Origin: Mobula birostris
Taxonomy: Eukaryota
Direction: 5' to 3'
NCBI RefSeq assembly: GCF_030028105.1
Contig: NC_092382.1
Coordinates: forward strand, 100,022,699-100,086,698
DNA: 64,000 nucleotides
Position 1 is the first letter of the stretch. Each line of letters starts with the position of its first letter. A program made the translations under genes and the position numbers. The notes below the pieces were generated by a model that did no database searches, was not told the DNA's origin, and saw only the letters and a program-made list of their open reading frames with translations. This document shows positions 37,180-49,586 of this stretch, one piece after another.

Positions 37180-38780
37180 TTCAGGGTTTGGACAATTCCT
37201 TTCTATTCATTGATTGATATAGTCGATCATTATGAATATAAGGCCGTATGAACCTAATATATACGAGCAGAATTCGGTTATTTGCTCCAGCGAGTCTATT
37301 CCGCCACTTCATCTTGGCTGATTCAAATTTCCTTTTCAGCCTCAATCTCCCTCTTTCTCCCCTTACCTTCTCATGCTCAAAACAATCAAGAATCGATCAA
37401 CCGTTGCCTTCAATAATTCAAAGGATTCGCCGCTCTCTGTCCAAAGGAATTGCTCCTCACCTCCGTACTTCTACTTTGACACTGTGTCCCCCGGTCTAGG
37501 ATTGTCGCACCTTTGGAAACATCCCCTCCGCGTCAAGCTACCAAGGTATTTCACCATTGGGCCGTTTTCAATCAGATCATTCCTCATCCTTTTTTGAGTT
37601 CCAGAGCAATCAAAACCTCTTTAAACCATAAACCTTTAATTTTCGGATCATTTTCGTGAAACTCCTATGAAACCTCTACAGTTTCAGCACCTCTTTTTTG
37701 CTAAAACAGGAAACCGACAACGGCACACGATCCTCCAAATGAAGCCTCGCTGGCTCTTCATGAAGTGGGCCACATTATATTCTGGCATTTGTATTCTAGT
37801 ACTCTTGAAATAAGTGCTATCATCACATGTGCCTCCCTCACCACAGAATGCACCTAAATAAATTTTTCATGAATCCTGCGCAATGGCTGTGAAGTCCCTT
37901 TGCGCCTCAGTTTTTTGGCGTATCCTATCCATTTAGAAAATACTGTAGAATTTCATTTCTTCTGCCAAAATGCATGGCCATACACATACCGACACTGTAC
38001 TCCATCTTGCACTTCTCTGTCCACTCTTCTGATCCTGTGCTTTGGTAGCCTCTCTATTTCTCTCAGTGTAGGAAACATCCTCTCCACATCCATGATAACT
38101 AGGTCTTTCAATATTCACAAAAATTGCTGGTGAACGCAGCAGGCCAGGCAGCATGTATCAGGAGAGGTACAGTTGACGTTTCGGGCCCAGAACCTTCGTC
38201 TGCCCAGGACTGTAACGCTTCCTACAGATGCTGCCTGCCCTGCTACGTTCACCAGCGTTTCTGTGTGTGTTGCTTGTATTTCCAGCATCTGCAGATTACG
38301 TCGTGTTTGCGCCTTCAATATTCGATAGGTTTCAATGAGGTCCCCCCTCATTCGTCTAAACTCCAGCAAGTACAGGCCCAGAGCTATCAAACGCTCCTCA
38401 TATGTTAACCCTTTCATTCCTTGAATTGTCGTCGTTAATATTCTGTGAACCCTCTCCAATATAAGCAGATCCTATCTAAGATAAGCTGCCCTAAACTGCT
38501 CACAATACTCCAAGGTTGGCCTCACCAGTGTTTTATAAAGCCTCAACATCAAATCCTTGCCTTTATTTTCCAGTCGTCTCGACATTTTCTCTTTTGCTTA
38601 TCCCGCTTGTTATTTCTTTCGGAATTCCCAGAAAGTTGTCAGGCAAGATTTCCCTCGAGGAAACCATGCTGACTAGGTCCTATTTTATCAGGTTTCCCCA
38701 AGTACACTGGGACCTCATCCTCAATTTCCGACGCCAACAACTTCCCAACCACTAACCTCAGACTAACTGGCCTCCAGTTT
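37180..38780 (-). mobile_element. CR1-type LINE fragments with a nested inverted Penelope-like piece (~38115-38290)
   Basis: Minus-strand ERVHRILTTTIQGMKGLTYEERLIALGLYLLEFRRMRGDLIETY, interrupted by a palindromic insert. Confidence 0.75.
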
Positions 38781-39036
38781 AAGTTCTATCGTACTTGCCG
38801 GTGCTTCCGTGCATGCCGGCGGGAAAATAAATCGCAGGTAGTACACGGTGACACATACGTAAGATCATACTAAATTTAATTTGAAATTTAAATGCTGAGC
38901 CTCCCAAGTCGGAGGAACTGTCGGCGATACCGTCGACCTTTGAAAACAGCAAATTTCTCTCAATAATTTTCTCAGTTTTGATCCGACTCAGCGAAAACTT
39001 TGAGCGCTTTACTCTCAGGCATTGGTGATTGATACA

Positions 39037-39052
39037 ACAGCAGGGGGCAGTA
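39037..39052 (+). promoter_or_regulatory. CTCF motif (forward): ACAGCAGGGGGCAGTA
   Basis: 13/14 match to the core consensus. Confidence 0.6.
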
Positions 39053-39539
39053 GAGGCATTTCGTTCGCTGTTGATGCGCTGGCCCTTGATGAGGGTGCTT
39101 CACCTGAGAGTCGGAGGTCCAGGGGTAGCATTACAGGGTTCTATACGCTCATCGACAAGGTTGAAGGTCAATGTCTCTTTGACAGGCGGTCTGAACCGAG
39201 CAGGCGTTCGTTTAATGTAGATGGATAAAATCTCACTCCGCCTCTGAGTTTCTGTTAATTACTGCTCATTTTTTCCGATCGGACCCACGGACTGCAGCCT
39301 CCTCAAAGCCCCTCGCTCTCTGTGTCGCCGTGGACTCGTTCGCAATTATTAATTGCCGTCAACGTGACACCACGCCGGGTACTGGTATAGGGGCACCGCC
39401 GAGATCCCGGAGACTCTCTGACCTGGAACGGATATATTGGTGGGCGCACGAGATGAGCTTTCAAAAGAAGTGATAGAGATGGGGTAGAATTGCAACGCAC
39501 AATTTACATTTGAAACAGGTGGCTTCGAAGGTTTCCCAG

Positions 39540-39797
39540 TGACCGTACTTGGCGCAATTTGTGAGTTTTTGACCGCCCAGCGTCAAACCTGTAACGGGAT
39601 TAGGATGGGACAGCACAAAGTTCTGCAACGTACGACGGCGAAAGCAAGACCGGTGGTGTTGCAGATGCCCGGTAAGGAGCGCAGCAGTTGTGCGTGAGAT
39701 TTGGGGAACCGGTTCAATGGGGAAGCAACCACTTCACTGTGTAGCTCGGCGGCTATACGCAGGCAGACTCGAAGGTCTATCGCTGTGCCGCGAACGC
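39540..39797 (+). pseudogene. Decayed V5-family V relic
   Basis: Leader-end-like ATT T|GTGAGTTTTT (39561), Cys codon at 39624, Trp codon at 39654, RF at 39710, NHFTV*LGGYTQADSKVYRCAA (45/66 nt identical to V5 FR3), CAC at 39798. Confidence 0.72.
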
Positions 39798-40779
39798 CAC
39801 CCAGCGGCAAGAATCCGCATATAGCCGACCGCCAATGAGCGAAATTCATAGTTCGTTTTCTTACAGGCATTCCCAGAAAACTGAAGATACAGCAGATGAA
39901 AAACAATACATAACTGATGCTAAGACAGTTGGGCAGAATCTGGTAAATCGTGCAAATAATAAAACCAAATACATTGATAAGAACACGAGTTGGAAAGTGA
40001 GTCCGTGGATTGTGGAATCAGTTCAGCCTTGACGTGTGAGGCTTTCCACGCCGGGCGGGTGTCAGACCTAAGGCTCCTGTGCCGACTGTCTACTGGAAGA
40101 ATATTGTGAACATCAGGACAGTACAATGGTCTCACACTGTCCCGATGTATAACTAGGGGACTGAAGACATTTACACAATACTGCAGTAATTTTATGTACT
40201 GCACGGTACCGCTGCCGAAAACAAGTAAACAAATTGACAGATGTTGGTTTTAGTAAACGTGATTCTGATGCGGGTCTCTTTAGTGGGATAGTAGTGGGAA
40301 GCGGGGAGAGAGAGTGTTATCATGGTTGGGAAATGGGGAGAGAGAGAAGCACCAAGAAGATATTCAATAATGATCAATAAATCAATTTACAGCTGGAGTA
40401 CGAGAGTTCTAAGGAAAGATTGCAGACGGCGTAGGTTGATTTAAGATGGGGTTTGCGTAAGTAGCCTTCTCGCAGCTTACAAATTTCCGAGGAGAAGAGA
40501 TGAGGTGGTTGACCGTTGTCGTGTTGCGGCGATTGGGCTGTCTCGAACGAATGGACACAGGGTTGAAGTCAGACATGGGGTGCTACACTTTTCAGGCAGA
40601 GGCCGGTGGGAATGTGGAACGAGCTGTCAAGGAATGTCATATCCTGCACACCAGTGTCAAGGAAACGAAAGAACAGCAAGTCCGGACCGATATAGTGAAC
40701 AGAAGAATAATAATGAACGGAAACAATAAATTGTTGTTGTTCGTTCATCGTGACGTCGAAGAGGACATCGACACCATAA

Positions 40780-41260
40780 TGATGGTGTCGAGACTAGCGC
40801 GTAATTTAGATTTAACTGAGGGAGAGTTGCGCAGCGTCAGCCTCACTCTCTCTTCCCAATTCCCATCTGGATCCAGTGGCAAGGTAGAGTCTAGACGGCT
40901 GGAGATGGGACTAGGCGCAGTGGATGACCAGGACGTCTTCTGTGTCTTGTCCTGCTCTACACGTTCCACGACGTTTGCAGAGACCGCCTTCTTGACCATT
41001 GGACCTGCCATTGGTCTCGTCCGCTCAATCCGCCGGAGTCTGTCTTCACATGCTGGGGTGGACAACTCCCTATCTCACCGAGGGTTTGAGACCCGTCGGC
41101 TACCTTCACTTGGTTTAGCCGGCTTGTCGAAGCCGTTGCTCGGGGTGTGGCCGCTGTCGCTTGCAAACAACTACGGGGAGCCACAGATGAGAGCTGAGTG
41201 CCAGGTGGGGATCAAAGGTGGACTAACCGCCCTGAAAAGGACACGACATGTTCCGGGGAA
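40780..41260. mobile_element. Interspersed repeat fragment (possibly an RTE-type LINE 5' region; a similar class may be at ~58920-59300)
   Basis: Resembles recalled batoid repeats; no protein domain in any frame. Family assignment uncertain. Confidence 0.35.
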
Positions 41261-42117
41261 CATGTCGCGAAACAATTAATACAAATACATAAAATAGCTG
41301 ATATCAATCCATGAGGTTATATTAGGCTTTACATACTCTGTGACTGACGGGAAATAATAAGAGAGCAGTGATAGTTGCGGGAAGAGGGGGGAGGGGTGGG
41401 TGAGTGGATGGAAGTATCGATCAGGCACACTGTTTGGGGAAGGGAATTGTTTTATGAGGCTGATAATCATGGCGCGGATGCAACGTATCCTCTTCCTTGC
41501 TTCGATTGGAACAAACAGTCCATGAGAAGAGTAGGCGAGATCATTCATGATGATACCGGCAAGCTTGCCAGCGCCTTTCTGTATAATTGTCATTGATGGC
41601 GGGGAGGAGTTTGCATGTGATGTGCACAGTCAGGAGTTCGAAACTGCTCACAGTGTAGACTGTTGTGCCATCGGTGTGAAGGTGTTTGTGAATGCGGCGA
41701 TTTCTTCTGAATTTGATTTGAAAAAATCCCTCTTGTCTTGTTGACGTTGTTATATGCCTGAACCCAGGCCTCGATGTCTACCACCCCCTCTACCACGCCT
41801 CGTGCAGAGTCGCTTGGGTGACATCGGGGAACTTGTCAACGTGATTGGCCGGGTGTTTGGCCGTGCGGTCACGTGTGTAGAGTGTACAGCAATGGGCGAC
41901 ACAAACTGCCCTGCGGGATACCGGTGCAGAGGATGATGGGGAGGGAGTAGCAGTTGTGCATCCTGGGTATGTGAGGTCAGTTCGTCAGGAAGTCCAATTC
42001 ACAGTTGCATTGTGGGGTATTTCTATCGATTAGTCGATGTTGTCACAGTTACGACATTTCAGTGACTTTCCGATGAATGGGCAAGCTGCACTGTCGCGCC
42101 TGTTTCTCTGCAGGGTG

Positions 42118-42133
42118 ACAGCAGGGGGCGCTC
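42118..42133 (+). promoter_or_regulatory. CTCF motif (forward): ACAGCAGGGGGCGCTC
   Basis: 13/14 match to the core consensus. Confidence 0.6.
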
Positions 42134-42485
42134 TAAGACCAAACGGAGCGGCAGTGACTTCTGAATCGGGAAGTAGTCAGTCGCCGATCTCGACCTTGCA
42201 ATGCAAAAGTCCACATTTTCAAACCAAGCATCGTCACAGCCCAGCTCTCACTGGGGAAAACAACTTCACCTCGTTTTTTGACACTGAGAGCGGTGTTGTC
42301 GAACCGAGGGACGGACCGCTTGAGGAAAGCATGTTTTTGACGTACAGAAGCAGGTGTGTGCAACGGCAGACAAAGCTGCAACGGGAAACTCGGACGGATG
42401 GCCAGATAGATGGATTTATAGAGAGATACGTGGCAAGATAGTTTGCAAGATAGACCGATTCATACAAATATATATGCATACATAA

Positions 42486-45138
42486 TACACACAAACGTAC
42501 GTCGGCACCGTACCGTACTAATCAGCGCGTCGCTACACAGCACCAGCAGCCTGGGTTCCGCTCCTTCGCCGTTTATAAGAAATTCGTAAGTTCCTCGCAG
42601 TGACGGCGTCAGTTCCCTTCGGTGCCCCAACTCCACCCTGGAAGGACGTAAGGGACAGGAGGTTAATTGATAATATTTATTTATCTGGACGTGGGGGGGG
42701 GGGGGGATTCACTGGGTTGGACGGTTCTGTTACCATTTTTCTTTCATTTTTCTTTGAATGAAACTGAACTACCTATACGTTGAGAGACAAACAAAGCGGC
42801 AGAAACTGTGCCCGAGAAACGGACACACAGGTCACACAACGAGAAAAATAACCCCTCATTTCATGTTTTGTCCCGCACATTTGCTCCGGCGGATACAATG
42901 AACATATATCGACCTTGTGTCTTCGCGCACTTCTGGTTTCTGCTCTGAATGCAACGTCATGCAGCGAGGGAGGGATGGGGATGCCAATGACAGAATCGGG
43001 GACGGGGCGTTGCAAGCCAGACTGTAACCTTATACAGTCATTATATCTGTCCTCACGCTCCGAACAGGCTCTGCTCTTCCTGAAGGAGAACTTTACGTGA
43101 AGGATGCTTTTGTTAATGGCGTTTGTGACCTGCTTGTACAGCAAGGAATATTCAAATCCAATGTTCCCTGCTTCCGTGTTTGCATTCCGTCTTTCTCATT
43201 CTGTCTTATCCACTTTTCCACATTATCTTTACGTCACGTCCACTTCCTTACCCTGTGAGTATCATCTTTATGGACCCCTGTTCTTCCTCCTGCGTATTTT
43301 CCGAATTTGCTCTGCCATTATTTCCGCGCTTGGCCACTTTCAGAACTTATCCTGTCTCATCCTCGCGTTGCCTCGCACATTGCCTCCAGCTAACTCTCTG
43401 CATTTTCGCTCTCCTGTCTTCTCCGTCTCTCGCTCGCCCCACACCGCTCCTGTCTATCCATCGCTCTCAACCTCACCCCCGCTCTTCCTACCAGCTCAGC
43501 TTCGGCGCGTACCCTGCCTCTCCATTTTCCTCTCACCGTCCCCTACTGCTGCCATCTCCACTCTACTTCCTCCCATTTCTTTATTTATCTGTCTACCTTT
43601 CAATAATTATCCCTCCTCGCTCCTTCCCTCCGCTTCGTGCTTTGACTCGGCACCGCCACACCCTTCCCTCATCCTCCCTATCCATCTATCTCTATCTATA
43701 AACCAGTCTTATCATTCTCCTTATCGATTTCTCCATATCTCTGTCTCATCTCTCCCTGGCGCGCTCTGGTTATTTCTCGATCACGTTCTGTTTTTCTGTA
43801 CCTGCCTCTATTACACACAAACATACGGCGGCACCCTCACGTACTAGTCAGCGCGTCGCTACACAGCACCAGAAGCCTGGGTTCCGTTCCTTCCGCCGCC
43901 GATAAGAAATTCGTACGTTCCTCGCAGTGAGGGTGTCAGTTCCCTTCGGTGCCCCAACTCCACCCCGCAAGGACGTACGGGACAGGAGGTTAATTGGTCA
44001 CATCTGTGTAATTGGGCGGCGAGGCTTCATTGGGTCGGATGGTTTTGTTAGCAAGTTTTCTATTTATGTTTTGAGTAAAACTGAAATGCCTATGCAGAGA
44101 GAGAAACAAACAGGCAGAAATCGTGCTCGAGAAACGGACACACAGGTCGCACAACGAGAACAATAACTCTTCATTTCATGTTTTGTCCCGCACATTTGCT
44201 CCGGCGGATACAACGCACGTATGTCGACGTTGTACCTTCGCGCACTTCCGGTTTCTGCTCTGAATGCGACGTCATCCAGCGAGGGAGGGATGGGGATGCC
44301 AGTGACAGAAGCGGGGGCGGGGCGTTGCAAGCCAGACTGTAACATTATACAGTCATTATATCTGTCCTCACGCTCCGAACAGGCCCTGCTCTTCCTGAAG
44401 GAGAGCCTTACGTTAAGGATGCTCTTGTTACTGGCGTTTGTGACCTGCTTGTACAGTAAGGAATATTCAAATCCAATGTTCCCTGCTTCCATGTTTTCAT
44501 TCTTTCTTTCCCTCATCCTAATTCTGTCTTATCCACGTTTCCACATTATCTTTACGTCACGTCCTCCTCGTTCCCCTGTGAGTATCATCTTTATGGACTC
44601 CTGTTCTTCCTGCTCCTCATTTTCCGGCCTTGCTCGTCCATAATTTCCGCGCATGGCCTCTTTCAGCACTTATCTACTCTCATCCTCGCGTTGCCTCGCA
44701 CGTTCTCTCCAGCTAACTTTCTGCATTTTCGCTCTCCTTTCTTCTCGGTCTCTCGCTCGCTCCACACCGCTCCTGTCCATCCATCACTCCCAACCTCACC
44801 CACGCTCTTCCTGCCAGCACAGCTTCGGCGCGTACCCTGCCTCTCTATTCTTCTCTCTCTGTCCCTTATTGCTGCCTTCTCCACTCCACTTCCTCCCATT
44901 TCATTATTTATCTATCTACTTTTCAATAATTATCCCTCCTCGCTCCTTCCCTCCGCTTCGTCCTTTGACTCCGCACAGCCATACCCTCCCCTCATCCTCC
45001 CTATCCCTCCATCTCTATCTATAAACCAGTCTTATCTATCTCCTTATCGATTTCTCTATATCTCTGTCTCATCTCTCCCTGGCGTGCTCGGGTTATTTCT
45101 CCATCACGTTCTGTTTTTTCTATACCTGCCTCTATTAC
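42486..45138 (+). repeat. Tandem duplication with a 1326-bp period (42486-43811 and 43812-45138), covering SINE, promoter, leader and most of the intron of psi-V6
   Basis: TACACACAAAC at 42486 and 43812; colinear to ...CCTGCCTCTATTAC at both unit ends. Confidence 0.93.
43104..43140 (+). other. Duplicate leader exon (MLLLMAFVTCLY) with a GC donor and no V exon of its own
   Basis: Paralogue of 44419-44455; donor GCAAGG instead of GTAAGG. Confidence 0.85.
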
Positions 45139-45507
45139 TGTCTGGACCTCTCTCCAGCGCACGGAGTCGCTGCCGTTACTGAATGTATTTATTTTCCCCC
45201 CTCGTTTGTTCTTTAAATCACAAGCCGTGACTTCGACGGTGATCCGCCAGACACTCCACGCTGTTTCCGAGTCCCCCGGCCCGAAACAAACTCGTCACTG
45301 CACGGTCGAGGGCAGCAGCAGCTACTGATTGTTCTGGTACAGACAATACCCGGGGAAGGATATTGTCGATGTCTGTTTTACTCGATGGCTGCTCCAAGCG
45401 TGGCGCCGGACGCCGAGGTGGACGGGTTTACAGCCAGTCGACCGAAAAACAATGAGTTCACTCTGAGCGTCAGCCGCCTGCAGCTGAACCACACGGCCAC
45501 ATATTTC
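44419..45507 (+). pseudogene. TRBV: psi-V6: CAWS-family V pseudogene. Leader 44419-44455, V exon from 45225
   Basis: MLLLLAFVTCLY + TVTSTVIRQ...HCTVEGSSSY*(TGA 45326)LFWYRQYPG, frameshift at ~45370, LFYS...DGFTASRPKNNEFTL...HTATYF, then Cys104 deleted. GCAAAAACC at 45532. Confidence 0.92.
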
Positions 45508-47448
45508 ATATGACATTGATAGGAGCCTCGAGCAAAAACCTCAGACAGCAGAAGGTGAGGAGAACGAAGTAAGAGTAACTCTTGCACCCAATTCCCGGTA
45601 ACAGAAATGATCCACACTGTGGTGGGGAAACATTCTCAGCTTCTTCATTCCAGTTCCATATGCAGTGAAGTCCGCTGATAGCTATGACTACCGTTACACC
45701 CGGGGTGGGCTGGGGACAGCCTGCCAATGTCGCCGCACATTCAGGCACCTACCTAGCAGGCCCATATTGTTCAATAGAATATCGAAAAAAGAACATTAAA
45801 GAAAAATGACAGAATAGACCAGAGCCCAAATGCAGCCACTTAAGTTCCTCCCTCCCACCCTAAAGCACATGCCCAGCCATCTAACTCCAAGGAAAGCCGC
45901 CTATCTTTGGGATTGCAAGTACGGAGGAGGCTGCAAGGGGCGCTGTTGCACCAGGAAACACTGGAGCTGAAGAGCGCCGTGTCGATTCAGCACCTGTTCT
46001 GATGAGGCTGTCTCCTTTAGTGAGGTCGTTAATCCTTACCGGACAGCAAATACGGGCCATGTTTACAGGGGGTTTTCGGAGCTGGCGGGTGTTCAGCTGA
46101 GCAACGAAACCTTTAGAGTTTCGAAGAATGTCGTATTCATTTATGTATTTGTCTATCTACCTTTCTATCTATCTATCTATTTATTTGTATATTTTTACTT
46201 GCTTTTTTTTTTGAAATACAGTCCTTCAAGCCGCCCCGGCCACCCATCTAAGATTTCACGCTCGCCTAATCACGGCGCAGTTTGCAACCAGCAATTAATC
46301 TACCAACCAGTACTGCGGGAAGAAAACGGACCATGGCGGGAGAACGTAGAAAAATGTTACATACAGCGGCGTCACCTTATGTACCTGATGCCCCTCCCTC
46401 GCCTTCCTCCAGCCTCTTTTCCCATACACCCTACTCCTCTCTTCATTCATAATCTCCTCCTCTCCTTCATCTTCTTTATTCCTGTTGCTCTTATCTCCTC
46501 TCCCCTCTCTCCCACTTACTGCCGTCCTCCTCATCTTATTAATCAACTTGCCTTTCACATCCAATGCCCGTCGTCTCCTGCATATCTCCATCATTGTTTC
46601 TCTTCCGAGTTCAAGCATGAAATTTGTAGCATGGAACCACAGCCTTGGCAACAAAAAACTAGCTTCGACCTTTATAATTTTGTATACCGGTATGTCGTCA
46701 GCCGTTCCAGTGAAAATAAACCAGCCGATCATTCTTCAATACATCTGCAGTCGTCTTATCCTGGAAACACACCTATGAATATCCCGTCCGCTCTTCCTAT
46801 TGTCGCAACACGATTCCTGCCCAAGCTGTGTTAAATATTGCGCTTGTGGTCCAACCCAGCACGACACCTTTCACCTTACACTCAGTGCTCTCCACCAGGA
46901 AGAGGAGGCCGTTTGTTCCTTCTCAGGGATGATGGTAGCAGGACGAAGTACCGTCCCCATTGAGATAAACATAGTTTTAACACAGAACTATGGACGATGA
47001 AATTCACAGGGAAAATTTTAACTATAAATGCGATCGCAAGCAACAAAAAATCAGCTGTGGTTATACAAGTTCTGTTAATGATAGGACTTTCAAAAGCAGG
47101 AAGGGCGTTACTTCTGGAAGAAAGCAGGAAAATGCAGTCGTCGTGTCAGGGAAGAATCAAGTGAACGTCAATGTAATGAAATCCCACTGTGTCTTTTCCA
47201 CCTCACATTCAGGTAAATCGGCGTCAGTTCGGGGCCTGTCGGAGTGTGCTGGGTGTGCTGACGTCACAAGGCTGGTGTAAGAGCTTGCATCTTGCCGGAA
47301 GATCGGCCACCTGCTCTCTCCTCGTTGTTACCAAACCGTCTGCTTACAATCCACATCGCGTTTCCTCTGTCAAACAAAACAACAAAACAGGACACGGCCA
47401 CACGGCCACGTGTGCTCGCCTCTGCCACGCCGTTTACATGCAGTCTGG

Positions 47449-47487
47449 GGTTTTTGTCGAGCTCTTCCCTCTCGGCGAGTCACTGTG
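47449..47487 (-). other. RSS of V7: CACAGTG - 23 bp - ACAAAAACC (full consensus)
   Basis: Perfect heptamer and nonamer. Confidence 0.97.
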
Positions 47488-48163
47488 AATACTCCAGGCG
47501 CAAAAGTACACGGCCGAGTGATTCCCCCGCAGGCTGTTGGTCACCAGTTTGACCTCGTTAGCTTTCGGCGTCTGCAGGGTAAATCCATCGACCTCCCCGT
47601 CGGGATTCTTAACGTTAGCACCGTAGCTATAGAACATGAACTGCGGCTCCTGCCCTGGGTACTGGCGGTACCAGTGCACCTCATAAGTGCTGCTGCCCTC
47701 CAGGCTGCAGTTCAGGCTCATCAGCCTCCCCTGTGAACCGGAAAAAGCCGGAGGCGTCTGCTGGATCGTTTGCGAGTTCGCGGCTGGGGAAGAGAGGAGA
47801 GGGGTATGACCTCAGTAGGCAGGGAGACTCGGATCATGGAGACAGGGAGGAAAGAAGGAGAAAGAGAGATGCAGGAAGTAGAGGCATATGGGGAATAGAG
47901 AAAGAGATGGGGAAGAAATAGAGAGAGCGAGAGAATAAAAGAAAATAATTATAATTGGATGGACGGAGGTGAGAACTAAATATCAAAGGAGCGCGACGAT
48001 GGAATAAGTAAGAAAGAAACACAGAAGAGCGATGGGGAAACAAATATTACAAGAATTAACGGAGCACAGGAAGGGTAATGTAGAACTTGTTCCTTAAAAT
48101 GCTCGCAAATTGAAACTGTCCTTTACCGTGAAGCCAGACCAGCAGCTCCAATAACACGAACAT
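47488..48163 (-). CDS. TRBV: V7: TCR V segment, CAWS family. Leader 48127-48163, intron 47784-48126, V exon 47488-47783
   Basis: MFVLLELLVWLH, GTAAAG donor, then AANSQTIQQTPPAFSGSQGRLMSLNCSLEGSSTYEVHWYRQYPGQEPQFMFYS...HSAVYFCAWSI; open frame. Confidence 0.94.
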
Positions 48164-48907
48164 CTTTGAACTTAGACCGTTTCCTCCAAGTGGAAGGGAG
48201 ATCGTAACGAACAACCTTTTGAATGCCTTCTCAGGTCATGGGCGAACGCATGAAGCTCCGCCCCTCACCCACACGTCACCGAGTTGCGACACCGGAAGCT
48301 TAGAGCTTGAATGGTGTGTGGATCAAATCATTTGCCGATTCGGATGTCAGTCGAAAGGCCGGGCCCCATTCCAATTTCAGCAGGACAACGGGAGCTGTCC
48401 CTTCAGTCCCGGACACGACGATCTAACCTCAATGTCACAAACAGAGTCATTGTACCAATTTGGGAGGCGGAGAGAGGAATATAAGGAGGAAGGTACAGAT
48501 TACGTTCAGCAGAAAGACAGATTAATTTCGTATATGGTGGATCAAAGTGCCTTTTCCCGTGTTGTTCATGAATTGAAAATAACAGAGTTGTAGAATATAT
48601 GTTACAGACTGTGACCTCTCGGCCCAAATGTTTATTGCTTCAGAGGTGTAAATGGTAGCGTCGTATACTAGTGCAATACGGAAACAATCGCTTTGGTCCA
48701 ACTGGAAACCTCATATAAATAACCTCATAACTCCCGTCATGCAAGCTATGATCATGCCGTCCATTTGTCAGTGATGACGATTGCAGTAGACATTGAAAGC
48801 GTGTAGCACGAAATTTTCCAGAAGTCAGCGAACAAAGCGAAGCAAAAGTGAATACCTGGCAACCAATTCGGCTGCGCGTTATATTTCGAGAATGGGATTA
48901 ACCGTCA

Positions 48908-48979
48908 AGCAACCGCTTTACTCTGCGACCCAGCAGCTGGGACTTGGACAACCCAAAGTCTTACTCTTGTGTAGAGTGC
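48908..48979 (+). pseudogene. Highly decayed V5-family FR3 relic
   Basis: SNRFTLRPSSWDLDNPKSYSCVE aligns to V5 QNSFTLQLSSCEETDSATYFCAA (38/60 nt; 26 of the first 33). CACCGTG at 48980. Confidence 0.55.
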
Positions 48980-49570
48980 CACCGTGCGGCGGTAATAAGT
49001 ATAACCCCGAGACAGCAACTTGTGGAAAAGAGACAGTCACGACTACTGCGGGAATATTTGGCCATAAATGATGGTGCTGTGATGGAATCGACTGCGAGCC
49101 CACTAATCCTAACTATAACCCGCTCCCTGTAAATGCCTGCAAGAAAATGAATCTCTGGGTTGTCTATGGTGCCGTGTACGTACTTTGATAGTACATTTAT
49201 CTTGACTGGGACCTTGACTTTATCAAGGCCTGCAAAAATCTCCGGGAGCGCAGATAAGATGCGTCATCATTATTTTCCGGGGGTAAGAGGGATTAGCCCC
49301 AAATTGCAGAATTTAATATTGAGGGACATCTGTTTAAGCTCAGATGAAGTTAGACAGCTGGAATGAATTGTTGGATGAAGCAGTAGAGAAGGGTACGTGT
49401 ACACCATTCAGGCAGGTACACCGATGGTAAAGCTTCAAGGATGTGTTGAGTAAATGGAGGTAAATAGAATTAAAATAGACAGAACCATGAGGCACCTAAG
49501 TTGCTGGTTAACTTGACTATGAAGATGATCTTCTTTATCTCTATTCAGATCTTGAGGATGATCCGTGACT

Positions 49571-49586
49571 CCTACAGGGGGCGCTG
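49571..49586 (+). promoter_or_regulatory. CTCF motif (forward): CCTACAGGGGGCGCTG
   Basis: 12/14 match to the core consensus. Confidence 0.5.

Noticed and set aside
40500-41279. 259-aa ORF as a novel gene
   Set aside because: No recognisable domain or splice context; overlaps interspersed repeat sequence.
43104-43847. 247-aa ORF (and similar ORFs at 7960-8685 and 44691-45182)
   Set aside because: Read-through of leader or V exons into stop-poor pyrimidine-rich introns.
45976-45982. Heptamer-like CACGGCG on the minus strand
   Set aside because: No nonamer at 12 or 23 bp and no YxC motif before it.
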